Positions 25,015 through 38,190 of a DNA stretch of 64,000 bases are shown here, piece by piece. The translations under genes and the position numbers were made by a program. The stretch is from Octopus bimaculoides (lineage: Eukaryota), in NCBI RefSeq assembly GCF_001194135.2, contig NC_068993.1, positions 48,870,288 through 48,934,287 of the forward strand, in the 5' to 3' direction. The notes under the pieces are model-generated. The model was not told where the DNA came from, searched no databases, and saw only the letters and a list, made by a program, of their open reading frames with translations. Numbering within the stretch: the stretch's first letter is position 1; every line of letters begins with the position of its first letter.

Positions 25015-26159
25015 NNNNNNNNNNNNNNNNNNNNNNNNNNNNNNNNNNNNNNNNNNNNNNNNNNNNNNNNNNNNNNNNNNNNNNNNNNNNNNNNNNNNNN
25101 NNNNNNNNNNNNNNNNNNNNNNNNNNNNNNNNNNNNNNNNNNNNNNNNNNNNNNNNNNNNNNNNNNNNNNNNNNNNNNNNNNNNNNNNNNNNNNNNNNNN
25201 NNNNNNNNNNNNNNNNNNNNNNNNNNNNNNNNNNNNNNNNNNNNNNNNNNNNNNNNNNNNNNNNNNNNNNNNNNNNNNNNNNNNNNNNNNNNNNNNNNNN
25301 NNNNNNNNNNNNNNNNNNNNNNNNNNNNNNNNNNNNNNNNNNNNNNNNNNNNNNNNNNNNNNNNNNNNNNNNNNNNNNNNNNNNNNNNNNNNNNNNNNNN
25401 NNNNNNNNNNNNNNNNNNNNNNNNNNNNNNNNNNNNNNNNNNNNNNNNNNNNNNNNNNNNNNNNNNNNNNNNNNNNNNNNNNNNNNNNNNNNNNNNNNNN
25501 NNNNNNNNNNNNNNNNNNNNNNNNNNNNNNNNNNNNNNNNNNNNNNNNNNNNNNNNNNNNNNNNNNNNNNNNNNNNNNNNNNNNNNNNNNNNNNNNNNNN
25601 NNNNNNNNNNNNNNNNNNNNNNNNNNNNNNNNNNNNNNNNNNNNNNNNNNNNNNNNNNNNNNNNNNNNNNNNNNNNNNNNNNNNNNNNNNNNNNNNNNNN
25701 NNNNNNNNNNNNNNNNNNNNNNNNNNNNNNNNNNNNNNNNNNNNNNNNNNNNNNNNNNNNNNNNNNNNNNNNNNNNNNNNNNNNNNNNNNNNNNATATAT
25801 ATGCATATATATGAGTGCATGTATGTATATGTACATTATGTACATGTACATACACTGATGTAAAATATATATATATATAAATACTTTACTAACAGTTACA
25901 CACACACACACACACACACACGTGTGCGTGCGCGCGCGTATTTTACGCATAAGTACATACACCATACACTTATATATGTGAATGAACGTGTCTTATGAGA
26001 GTGTGTTCGTGTGTGTATATATTTGTATGTACTTATATATATGCATGTCCATATTTGTATATGTATATATGTATGTATGCATGTGTGTGTGTATGCATGT
26101 GTGTGTGTATGTATGTATATGCTTATGCATGCAGCCTGGGGAGAATTGTGCATTAAATG

Positions 26160-26529
26160 ACTGATTATTCTCTGCTTCATCTTCTTCTCCATCTTTTTTT
26201 CTTCCTCCCCTTCCTCTTCTCTTCTTCTTTTTCTTCTTCTTCCTTTCCTTCTTCTTCTTCTTCTTCTTCTTCTTCTTCTTCTTCCTCCTCTTCCTCTTCT
26301 CTGCTTCTTCGTTTTCCTTTTCTTCTTCCCCGTCCTCTTCTTCCCACGCCATCCGCAGTTCCAACAACCTCGACAACAGAACGTCTTTGGCATTCATGAC
26401 TGCGTAAAGAGCAACTAATATACATACTAATAGCAGCAGGGGCAGTAGTAGTAGTAGTAGTAGTAGTAGCAGTAGCAGCAGCAGCAGCCATGTTATTATT
26501 ACTGGTATTATTACCATCATCAATACATC

Positions 26530-26569
<40 letters not shown>

Positions 26570-26626
26570 TTCGTAATAGTTGTAGTTGTAACATCAGCAG
26601 CTGCGCCACTTCAGCAGCAGCAGCAA

Positions 26627-26717
<91 letters not shown>

Positions 26718-26759
26718 TGTAGCAGCAGCAGCAGTAGTTGTTTTTATTTTAATACTACA

Positions 26760-26790
<31 letters not shown>
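26160..26790. repeat. Compound (TTC)/(TAG)/(CAG)/(TTA) microsatellite block
   Basis: Read directly from the sequence. Confidence 0.9.
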
Positions 26791-26792
<2 letters not shown>

Positions 26793-27404
26793 GTATTTGC
26801 TTCTCTGTAATGTTTTGTTTTGACGTTGTTTGTATATATATNNNNNNNNNNNNNNNNNNNNNNNNNNNNNNNNNNNNNNNNNNNNNNNNNNNNNNNNNNN
26901 NNNNNNNNNNNNNNNNNNNNNNNNNNNNNNNNNNNNNNNNNNNNNNNNNNNNNNNNNNNNNNNNNNNNNNNNNNNNNNNNNNNNNNNNNNNNNNNNNNNN
27001 NNNNNNNNNNNNNNNNNNNNNNNNNNNNNNNNNNNNNNNNNNNNNNNNNNNNNNNNNNNNNNNNNNNNNNNNNNNNNNNNNNNNNNNNNNNNNNNNNNNN
27101 NNNNNNNNNNNNNNNNNNNNNNNNNNNNNNNNNNNNNNNNNNNNNNNNNNNNNNNNNNNNNNNNNNNNNNNNNNNNNNNNNNNNNNNNNNNNNNNNNNNN
27201 NNNNNNNNNNNNNNNNNNNNNNNNNNNNNNNNNNNNNNNNNNNNNNNNNNNNNNNNNNNNNNNNNNNNNNNNNNNNNNNNNNNNNNNNNNNNNNNNNNNN
27301 NNNNNNNNNNNNNNNNNNNNNNNNNNNNNNNNNNNNNNNNGATGAAATTCTGACGTGAAATAAAAATTCTTGTCCGCAGATATTTGATACTAGATTTGAA
27401 GTTA

Positions 27405-27406
27405 GC

Positions 27407-27475
<69 letters not shown>

Positions 27476-27880
27476 CGATGATGACGATGACGATTAAGAC
27501 GATGATGATGATGAAGATGATGATGAAGGCGATGATGATGATGATGATGATGATGATGACGATGATGACGATGATGACGATGATGATGAAGACNNNNNNN
27601 NNNNNNNNNNNNNNNNNNNNNNNNNNNNNNNNNNNNNNNNNNNNNNNNNNNNNNNNNNNNNNNNNNNNNNNNNNNNNNNNNNNNGCGATGATGATGATGA
27701 TGATGATGATGATGACGATGATGACGATGATGACGATGATGATGAAGACGATGATGATGATGATGATGATGAAGACGATGATGATGGTGATGATGATGAC
27801 GATGATGACGATTATAACGATGACGATGATGATGATGACGATGATGATGATGATGCTGATGATGAAGACGACGACGATGA

Positions 27881-27914
<34 letters not shown>

Positions 27915-27925
27915 GATGAAGATGA
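27405..27925. repeat. (GTT)n followed by a degenerate (GAT/GAC)n array
   Basis: Read directly from the sequence. It is the source of the poly-H and poly-M ORFs. Confidence 0.92.
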
Positions 27926-28093
27926 CGATACTGTTGCCAAAGCAATTGCTAACCAGAGAATATTTTGAGTTGCTTTCTTTATTGTTGTTTTTGTTGTTGT
28001 TGTTGTTGCTTGAAAGTTCATTTTGCATACAGACATGCATACATACACAGATAACGCGTGTGTGTGTGTGTGTGTATCTACATGCATACATAC

Positions 28094-28135
<42 letters not shown>

Positions 28136-28140
28136 ATATG

Positions 28141-28195
<55 letters not shown>

Positions 28196-28298
28196 GAAGG
28201 GAGAGAAAGATACATATATTTATATCGATGAATTTATATGTATATATATGTGTTATACATATATATACACACACATATATATGTATATGTATATATTC

Positions 28299-28352
<54 letters not shown>

Positions 28353-28368
28353 TCATATGTATATATTC

Positions 28369-28437
<69 letters not shown>

Positions 28438-28869
28438 TATATATACAAACATGCATACATACAAACTGAGTATATAAATTCACATATGAATATATATATA
28501 TATATATATGAGTACACGTGTGTTTTTATGAACAGGTATGTATGTATTTTTGTGTGCGAACGTTCATGTGTGTGTTTGCGTGAGTGTTTGTGTGTGTATG
28601 TGTGTGTGTCTTTGTGTGTGCATGTGATTTTTTTTTCCATCTATTTATTTATAAATGTGGTTGGTTTTGTGGACGGCGGTGAAGACTTGGAGCTACAAAG
28701 CGTTTATGGAGCCTTTTGAATAAGACAGGAAAAATGGTACAATTATTGTGTTTCAATGCAACCTGCTTGCGTCATGGTTAAGTGCAGCGCTCATCAGCAA
28801 CAGAAAATTACGTTGTCTGCGTTGAGGAAAAATTTCTTTTTTTAATAAATATCGTTTCTTTTTTATGGA

Positions 28870-29015
28870 GTAGGCAGGAGGCGAATTTGCAGTATTCCTT
28901 CTGATTCTCAGCGAGCTGAGTTCAAGTCCGACCGAGGTCAATTTTATGTTTTTATCTTTTTAAGGTCGATAAAGAGATATCATGTTTTATCCTTTTACGG
29001 TCGATAAATAAATAC
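28870..29015 (+). mobile_element. Strongly decayed family B SINE
   Basis: gagctgagttcaagtccgaccgaggtcaatttt...ggtcgataaa, with a local duplication of ttttatcctttta(a/c)ggtcgataaa. Confidence 0.6.
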
Positions 29016-29752
29016 CATCTTTGGTGGTGAATAGGAAAAGGTGTCATCGTCATTGTCATGTTGCTGTTATTGCTTCAGGTTTTAATCTCGATTGTCTGGT
29101 ACCACATATTCAACTCTAGCTAATTGTTTAAGAGCGGGCAACAATCTGTCTTTTCGATGATGATGATGATGATGATGATGANNNNNNNNNNNNNNNNNNN
29201 NNNNNNNNNNNNNNNNNNNNNNNNNNNNNNNNNNNNNNNNNNNNNNNNNNNNNNNNNNNNNNNNNNNNNNNNNNNNNNNNNNNNNNNNNNNNNNNNNNNN
29301 NNNNNNNNNNNNNNNNNNNNNNNNNNNNNNNNNNNNNNNNNNNNNNNNNNNNNNNNNNNNNNNNNNNNNNNNNNNNNNNNNNNNNNNNNNNNNNNNNNNN
29401 NNNNNNNNNNNNNNNNNNNNNNNNNNNNNNNNNNNNNNNNNNNNNNNNNNNNNNNNNNNNNNNNNNNNNNNNNNNNNNNNNNNNNNNNNNNNNNNNNNNN
29501 NNNNNNNNNNNNNNNNNNNNNNNNNNNNNNNNNNNNNNNNNNNNNNNNNNNNNNNNNNNNNNNNNNNNNNNNNNNNNNNNNNNNNNNNNNNNNNNNNNNN
29601 NNNNNNNNNNNNNNNNNNNNNNNNNNNNNNNNNNNNNNNNNNNNNNNNNNNNNNNNNNNNNNNNNNNNNNNNNNNNNNNNNNNNNNNNNNNNNNNNNNNN
29701 NNNNNNNNNNNNNNNNNNNNNNNNNNNNNNNNNNNNNNNNNNNNNNNNNNNN

Positions 29753-30880
29753 TCATCACCACAGTCATCATCATCATCATCATCATCATCATCGTCATCA
29801 TCATCAACTTCGCCATCCTCTTCCTCATCATCATCACCATCATCATCACCACCACCACAATCACCACCACTACCATCGTCAACATCATCACCACAGTCAT
29901 CATCATCATCATCATCATCATCGTCATCATCAAGTTCGCCATCCTCCTCCTCATCATCATCATCATCAACTTCGGCATCCTCATCATCAGTATCATCGTC
30001 ATCATCATCACCACAACGACCACCACTACCATCGTCATCATCATCACCACAGTCATCATCATCATCATCATCATCATCATCTTTGTCATCCTCTTCCTCA
30101 TCATCATCAGTATCATCATCATCACCACCACCACCACCATCACCACCACCACCACCACCACAATCGTCATCATCATCACCACAGTCATCTTCTTCATCAT
30201 CATCATCATCATCATCTTCGTCATCCTCTTCCTCATCATCATCATTATCATCACCATCATCACCACCACCACCACCATGATCATCATCATCATCATCATC
30301 ATCATCACCACCACCACCACCACCATCACCACCACCACCACTACCATCGTCATCATCATCACTACAGTCATCATCATCATCATCATTATGATCTGCAGTA
30401 TCAGCAGCATCTCCTTTGCCGTTACCATCATCTTGANNNNNNNNNNNNNNNNNNNNNNNNNNNNNNNNNNNNNNNNNNNNNNNNNNNNNNNNNNNNNNNN
30501 NNNNNNNNNNNNNNNNNNNNNNNNNNNNNNNNNNNNNNNNNNNNNNNNNNNNNNNNNNNNNNNNNNNNNNNNNNNNNNNNNNNNNNNNNNNNNNNNNNNN
30601 NNNNNNNNNNNNNNNNNNNNNNNNNNNNNNNNNNNNNNNNNNNNNNNNNNNNNNNNNNTCATCATTATCATCATCATCATCTTCGTCATCCCCTTCTTCA
30701 TCATCATCACCACCACCACCACCACCACCACCACCACCACCACTACCATCGTCATCATCATCACTACAGTCATCATCATCATCATCATTATGATCTGCAG
30801 TATCAGCAGCATCTCCTTTGCCGTTACCATCATCTTGATCGTCATCATGTTGTCATCGCCAACATTATCATTATCACTTT
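29753..30880. repeat. Higher-order repeat built from CAT/CAC triplets
   Basis: The anchors caccacagtcatcatc, cttcgccatcctcttcctc and accactaccatcgtc recur at roughly 120-180-nt spacing. Confidence 0.8.
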
Positions 30881-31735
30881 TCTTCTTCCTTCTCCGTCTC
30901 CTCTTCTTCATTAGCTTCTTCCCTCCATCCCCTCTTCGTCTGCTTCATCTTTCTCGACATCCTCCCCCTCTCCCTCCTTTTTCCCCATCTCTTACTCTTT
31001 TTCTTCCTCCTCCCCCTTTTCCTCAACCGCCTCTTCTTTCCCCAGTTCCTACTGCGTCCCCCACCTCCTCCTCTTCCTTACTCACTTCCTCTCAGCCTCA
31101 TCTCCACATTTTCCACCATCATCATCATCATCATCACTACCACCATCATCAACGTGTAATATGTCGTAAGGCAAAAACAAAAAAAAAAGTAATGCCTCAC
31201 TTAATACGAATTGGTCGTTCTTTCTCTTATCTTGGAGACTGTAAGATGGCGGGAGTAGGGTAGACGTTTTTAGCGAGGTATGGCTTCTTGGGGGAAAAAA
31301 AAGTTTTGTCTTAGTAATAATAATAATAAGATAAGGAGAATAAGAATCGTCTTTAAAAGGAGAGAAAACTTGATAAATTCTCTTAAGCAATTTGAATAAC
31401 ATGTATTTAAAAAAAGAATTCTGGCACTTCCTCCTTAACCAGCAAACTCCCATACCTTATATTTTGCGCCCATCTTCCTTTCTGCCTTTGCTACCACCTA
31501 TCTGCATTCTCTCAGGAAGCATTCAGCATTCTTCAGAATGGTATGTCAGTGTGGTATGTTATATCCTGGAAGCTAGTTTGGTCTGCGAGCATAATACTCG
31601 ATAATTTAGTGTTGAGATATCTCGTGTATAACTTTGTTGAAGGACTGTGAAAAAGTCAGGTTTGATAATTTTTGAATAATGTATATTTTGCAAACGAGCT
31701 AACGAGAGAATGTTTATATGGTCTCTCCTCGTCAT

Positions 31736-31900
31736 AAAAATAGCAGCTAATTATTTTCTTCCTCGCTATTATCTTATTGTCATTTTTCTTACAACATTGT
31801 GGAGGCGGGGGTATTGAAAAAAATAGCAGCTAATTTTTTCCCCCTCAATATTATCTTTCTGTCATTTGTGTTGAAACATTGAGGAAGCGGGAGCATTGAA
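31736..31900. repeat. Diverged local tandem duplication (2 x ~83 bp)
   Basis: aaaaatagcagctaatt...tattatct...gtcattt...aacattg..gga.gcggg.g.attga occurs twice. Confidence 0.85.
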
Positions 31901-31954
31901 TGATGTGGTTTTACAAACGTTCTGCCTGGATATACGTGTATGAGGGATAGTTAT

Positions 31955-32215
31955 AGCTAGAATAATAGACCTTTGATCATTTGTCAGCACGATCAGGACT
32001 GACCTGTGGTTAAACAATGAAAACAGCAGCAGCAATGGAAGAGTTCTTTATTAACGCTCATATTGCTAGAAATAGCTGACAAATTTCTTTCAAATTACAC
32101 ACGAACTTATATCTTAAAATATGGAAGAACCCGTAATATAACGATGTAGCCATCAATATACAAGGATGGTCACCTTGGAGCAGTTTCGATCATAAATCTT
32201 CTCCATTGCCACTGG
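31955..32215 (+). mobile_element. Family C repeat fragments
   Basis: ctttgatcatttgtcagcacgatcaggactgacctgtggttaaac is similar to ~11820 and to the reverse complement of ~43050. Confidence 0.5.
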
Positions 32216-32229
32216 CTTGCGACAAACAA

Positions 32230-32645
32230 GAACAATATTCTTTTCTACTCTCGGCACAAGGCCCGAAATTTCTGGGGAGGGGGCCATCGATCCCAGAACG
32301 CGACTGGTACTTAATTTATCGAGACCGAAAGGATGAAAGCAAAGTCGACCTCGGTGGAATTTGAACACAGAACCTAAAGGCAGACGAAATATCGCTAAGC
32401 GTTTCACCCGGCGTGCTAACGTTTCTTATTTCTTTACTGCTCAGAAGGGGCTACACGCAGAGGGGACAATCAAGGACAGACAAAGGGATTAAGTCGCTTA
32501 CATCGACCCCAGTGCGTAACTGGTACTTTTTTAATCGACCCCGAAAGGATGAAAGGCAAAGTCGACCTCGGCGGAATTTGAACTCAGAACGTAGCGGCAG
32601 ACGAAATATCGCTAAGCGTTTCGCCCGGCGAGTTAACGTTTCTTC
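32230..32645 (-). mobile_element. Head-to-tail dimer of family B SINEs
   Basis: Two bodies (ggtacttaatttatcga...gaaaggatgaaag...gaatttgaac...gctaagcgtttc.cccggcg) joined at 32421-32425. Confidence 0.9.
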
Positions 32646-34649
32646 TGTATTAAAGAATATAGAAGAGTTAAAGCTGTTCATAAAATAACAATTGCATTAA
32701 ATTTAGGCACAAGGCCAGTCATTTTTATGGGAGGAATATTAAGTCGATGGCAACGAACTCTGATACAAGACTACGACTCCATTTTATTGATACCGAAGAA
32801 AGAGAAAACAGTTGACTACGACAAGATTTGAACGTTTGTTCCTAAAATATTAAAGCAAGCAAATATTTGTTAAGTTAAACAAATCGACCAATTCCATAAA
32901 TATCGAGAGAATGGATAAAAGAAAGAAACAAGGAAGGAAGGAAGGAAGGCGTGTCGACGATGTGTAAAGAGGTCATAACTGATTCCAAGGGTGGAGTCTG
33001 TCATTACATGAACACGTTTCAAAGATTTCAACGCGACAAATTCTAAAATCTATATTCCCAAAAGGGATTATATACCAGCATATATACATGTGTACATACA
33101 TACATCCAACACACACATATACACACTTAATACTTATACATACATAAATACATAATACACGTACATATACATATACANNNNNNNNNNTACAAATATATAT
33201 ACATATATATATACATACATATATATATATATATAAATATTTGTATATACACATATTCCTATACCACATATATACATATACACACACACTTATACATATA
33301 TGAGAGTATGTATATGTGTATATATATACATACATATATATATATATTCATTCATACATGCGTTAAGTAGGTAAATGTGTATGTATGTAATGTATGTATG
33401 CATGTATGTATGTATGTATGTATGTATATAAGGGTGGGAACCACAAGGAGGATTGGGAAACTAAGTTGTCTTAGAAATATTAGAGAAAACATACAAAATG
33501 AATTTTTATATTTTATTTATTTTATTTATTTATTTATTTTAACAAAAGGGATTTTTTTTCAAAACGAAGATTAGCAAAACTAACCTCCACCCCCACCTCG
33601 TCCTTGCCCCCACCACATTCTGTCTTCGACAATCTGTTAACACTGTTGATCTGTCTTAATTTGGATTTAATCAGATTTATCTTCACATTGGGTGGGGGGG
33701 AGTCGATGTGTCTGGGGGAGGTGAATGCATGGGTGTATGGAGGTATGGAAAGGAATTATGTGTGTATATGTATATATATATATATGTGTGTGTGTGTGTA
33801 TTTGTGTTTGTGTGTGTTAGTGTATATGTTTGTGTGCAGGTGATTCATAGGTGTGTGTATATGTGTGTGAGTGTGTATATATGTGGATGTATGAAGGTGA
33901 TTTCTGTGTGTGTATGCGAATATGTGTGTGTGTGAATGTGTGTATGAAGGCGAGTAATGTATGTGTATGTGTATGTGTGTGAGTGTGAAGGTGTGTATGA
34001 AGGTGATGCATGTGTATGTGTGTGTGTATATGTGTGAATGTGTATGTTTATGTGTGTGCAATAAATGCGTGAGAGAGGAGGAGAAGGAGGAGGAGTAGAG
34101 AGTGAGGCGGATGTGTAGAAGAGGAGGGTGAGTGGAGGGTGTGGGTGTGTNNNNNNNNNNNNNNNNNNNNNNNNNNNNNNNNNNNNNNNNNNNNNNNNNN
34201 NNNNNNNNNNNNNNNNNNNNNNNNNNNNNNNNNNNNNNNNNNNNNNNNNNNNNNNNNNNNNNNNNNNNNNNNNNNNNNNNNNNNNNNNNNNNNNNNNNNN
34301 NNNNNNNNNNNNNNNNNNNNNNNNNNNNNNNNNNNNNNNNNNNNNNNNNNNNNNNNNNNNNNNNNNNNNNNNNNNNNNNNNNNNNNNNNNNNNNNNNNNN
34401 NNNNNNNNNNNNNNNNNNNNNNNNNNNNNNNNNNNNNNNNNNNNNNNNNNNNNNNNNNNNNNNNNNNNNNNNNNNNNNNNNNNNNNNNNNNNNNNNNNNN
34501 NNNNNNNNNNNNNNNNNNNNNNNNNNNNNNNNNNNNNNNNNNNNNNNNNNNNNNNNGCACTCGTAAAACGTGTGCGTATTTTAGTTGGAATGAATGCTGA
34601 GTATGTTGGTTTTGTGCTCGGATTTTGTTTTTGGTGCGATTGTGTGTGT

Positions 34650-34695
<46 letters not shown>

Positions 34696-35125
34696 ACGTT
34701 AGCGGTGCATGTGGTATGTACGTAGAAACGAGTCTATTAATCTGAATGCTGAATGTGTGGACGTTTGTCTACGTTTTTGCGATTGAAATATAGTGTGTAT
34801 TTTGTGGATGCGCATATTTGTATGCCCGTGTGTGAATGTGTGTGTGTGTGTGCGTGTGTGTGTATGTGTATTTGTCTGTCTGTATGTATGTATGTGTATT
34901 TGTGTTTGTGTGTGTGTATTTGGTTGGACGATGTAGTGAGAATCGTCGAATGCGTGTATATGTAGCGAAAAAGGAGAGATTAAAGCGGAAGAGAAATAAT
35001 TGAAGAGAAAGTATTGTACATAAACAAAACATGTATGCATGTATGTGTGTGTGCGTATGTATGTGAGTTTATGTTTGTGAGAATGTGTGTATGTATGAGT
35101 GTGTATGTGTGTGTATGTGCATACG

Positions 35126-35250
35126 TAGCTTGCTTCTCAACCACACGGTTCCGGGTTCATTCCCACTGCATGGCACCTTCGGCAAATGCCGTCTACTATA
35201 GCCTCGGGCCCACCAAAGCCTATTGAATAGATTTGTTACAGGGAAAGCCC
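35126..35250 (+). mobile_element. Family A SINE, 5' half
   Basis: tagcttgcttctcaaccacacggttccgggttcattcccactgcatggcacc...ctactatagcctcgggcccaccaaagcc. Confidence 0.88.
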
Positions 35251-37379
35251 ACTATTTTTTATTAAACCATTGAAATGTAGTGAATGGAAGGATGATCACT
35301 ACTAGATATCTGTACTGCAAAGTTGTTAAGACCCTAAAACTCATGCAGCATGCTTTATCATTTTCATTGTTGATATGGATGACAGAACTGAGGTTATTGT
35401 CAGCTATTTCTCCTATATCACTAACATTGCTACAAGCCAAAAGTGGCCCTCACATTAGAAGAAAATATTGCTATTTAATAGTTTAGATTTAATCCTCGTT
35501 TAACCAGGTAAGTCATGTTGGGTACACACTGTAGGAATGGCTGTAGATTTATTCAATCATCAAAAACAATGAGAGCATTTTCGCTTGCAGATTCGTCTCG
35601 AGAATTCTTTTAATGGCGCTGTTTGACGACATTTGTGATATGGTTTAGTCAAATTATGAAGAGAAATCAACCTGACATGGAGACGTCTGGGACACCCATT
35701 ACGACTTTCACTTGTGTAGATTCCTTCAAATCCTATTACGTTGGGTTTTGCTTTCCAGATAACGCTTCATCCTGAATGCTGTGTTGGTTTCTGTCGAAGA
35801 CAATGATGAGTCAAGGAGTATGGCGCATTTAGGTTTGACTTCTCTCCCAAAATGTTTAAAAGGTCATCAATAAGGTGGAGAATATGTTTTGAGACGTTTC
35901 TTGCATATCGAAAGCCAGACTGGTTGAGATCTGGGAGACTGTCACCTCTAGCTAGGGCAAAATGAATTGTTATATATATATATATATATATNNNNNNNNN
36001 NNNNNNNNNNNNNNNNNNNNNNNNNNNNNNNNNNNNNNNNNNNNNNNNNNNNNNNNNNNNNNNNNNNNNNNNNNNNNNNNNNNNNNNNNNNNNNNNNNNN
36101 NNNNNNNNNNNNNNNNNNNNNNNNNNNNNNNNNNNNNNNNNNNNNNNNNNNNNNNNNNNNNNNNNNNNNNNNNNNNNNNNNNNNNNNNNNNNNNNNNNNN
36201 NNNNNNNNNNNNNNNNNNNNNNNNNNNNNNNNNNNNNNNNNNNNNNNNNNNNNNNNNNNNNNNNNNNNNNNNNNNNNNNNNNNNNNNNNNNNNNNNNNNN
36301 NNNNNNNNNNNNNNNNNNNNNNNNNNNNNNNNNNNNNNNNNNNNNNNNNNNNNNNNNNNNNNNNNNNNNNNNNNNNNNNNNNNNNNNNNNNNNNNNNNNN
36401 NNNNNNNNNNNNNNNNNNNNNNNNNNNNNNNNNNNNNNNNNNNNNNNNNNNNNNNNNNNNNNNNNNNNNNNNNNNNNNNNNNNNNNNNNNNNNNNNNNNN
36501 NNNNNNNNNNNNNNNNNNNNNNNNNNNNNNNNNNNNNNNNNNNNNNNNNNNNNNNNNNNNNNNNNNNNNNNNNNNNNNNNNNNNNNNNNNNNNNNNNNNN
36601 NNNNNNNNNNNNNNNNNNNNNNNNNNNNNNNNNNNNNNNNNNNNNNNNNNNNNNNNNNNNNNNNNNNNNATATATATATATATACAGTGTTATGGAATTT
36701 TATTAAGCGAAACAAAGTACTCAGTAACCGTTAGGTGGTGTGGAATAATATTCAAAATTGAGAATTTCTCGCTGGCACCATTCAAGTGACCAATTTTATT
36801 GTGTCTGAAATTTTCTTACATACACCGCGATTGCATCTGTTCAGGTCACACTGAAAACAACTTAGTTGTAATTACTGTTTTTTAACGTATGGACATATAA
36901 CAATATATTAAGAACTATAAAAATTTATAGAAATTAATCCATAGAAATTTGTTAAAATTGAAGAGAAATTCTATAGAACATCTGTGAATAACTTGGTCTT
37001 TTATAGAAATATTTTTCACTAATTCTGAAGAAAAATTCTATGAAGAATTCTCTTAAAGAACTCTGAGATGACCTTATGAATGTAGTTATATGTGAAAACC
37101 AATGATTGGTTAAAGAATTTACGATAAAATAGTTTTAATTGCGGATGTGTCTCTTGATTCTGAATATAAATAGCACATATTGCGTCTTGTCTGTAACATT
37201 AGCCAAAAAGTTTGTATAAAAGGATTCAGATAATGAAATGTACAGGTCAACTGTATGTGATCTCGTGACCTATAGTGTGTATGTATTCCCATTGTGTTAG
37301 TATGTGTAATGCCGCGTTTATACTAACAGATTTCTCAGCTTAGCACTTACTTGTCTCTACGAAAGATACACGATATGTC

Positions 37380-37680
37380 TCATCCACGTCCTCAGGCCTG
37401 TTATCTGAGATGGATACTTAAAATATGGCAGCCAGACCGCACAAAGAAGAACACTGCGCTCGGGAGAGCTAGAATGGAGAACATAATCAGCGAAGTACGG
37501 AGAAGGAGGTTGAAGTACATCGGCCATATTCTAAAGAAACATCATGATAACGACTTATGACAGCCATGAAATGGACCCCTGAAAGAAGTAGAAAGCGTGG
37601 TAGACCCTAAGAGACTGTTGAAAAAGAAGGGCAGGTTGGCGGATGGGAAACGTGAAAGTGTGAACCGAAGCTATCGATAG
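37380..37680 (+). pseudogene. Decayed RTE-like LINE ORF2, C-terminal region
   Basis: CYLRWILKIWQPD...ENIISEVRRRRLKYIGHILK, then MKWTPERSRKRGRP (cf. LRxILxIxWxD...RRxxWxGHxLR...WxPxGxRxRGRP). Confidence 0.8.
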
Positions 37681-37718
37681 GGTAGTATGAAGAGAGAGAG
37701 AGAAACAGAGAGAGAGAG

Positions 37719-37749
<31 letters not shown>

Positions 37750-37769
37750 GAGACAGAGAGAGAGAGACA

Positions 37770-37844
<75 letters not shown>

Positions 37845-38190
37845 CAATTTCGATGGAGTGGGTAAGTCGATTAATTCGACCGAAAGGATCAAAAGCAAAG
37901 TGGACCGCGGCGGCATTTGAACTGAGAACGTGAAGACGGACGAAATGAAGCTAAGCATTTCACCCGGCGTGCTAACGATTCTTTTCCACTCTAGGCACAA
38001 GGCCCGAAATTTTTAGGGAATGGGCCAGTCGATTAGATCGACCCCATTACGCAAGTGGTACTTAATTTATCGACCCCAAAATGATAAAAGACAAAGTCGA
38101 CCTCTGCGGAATTTGAACGTAAAGACGGGCGAAATACCGCTAAGCATTTCGTCCGGCGCGCTAACGATTCTGCCAGCTCGCCGCATTCCT
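37845..38190 (-). mobile_element. Head-to-tail dimer of family B SINEs
   Basis: The outer copy has a complete head (reverse complement of ctaacgattctgccagctcgccgc). Its tail is joined to the second body at 37977-37982. Confidence 0.9.

Noticed and set aside
29082-30914. ~600-aa His-rich and Met/Val-rich ORFs
   Set aside because: They are translations of CAT/CAC repeats running through N-gaps, with no non-repetitive domain or credible gene structure.
35560-35800. Possible decayed RT motif (LISLHNLTKPY) on the minus strand
   Set aside because: Spacing to the neighbouring expected RT motifs does not fit, and the similarity is too weak.
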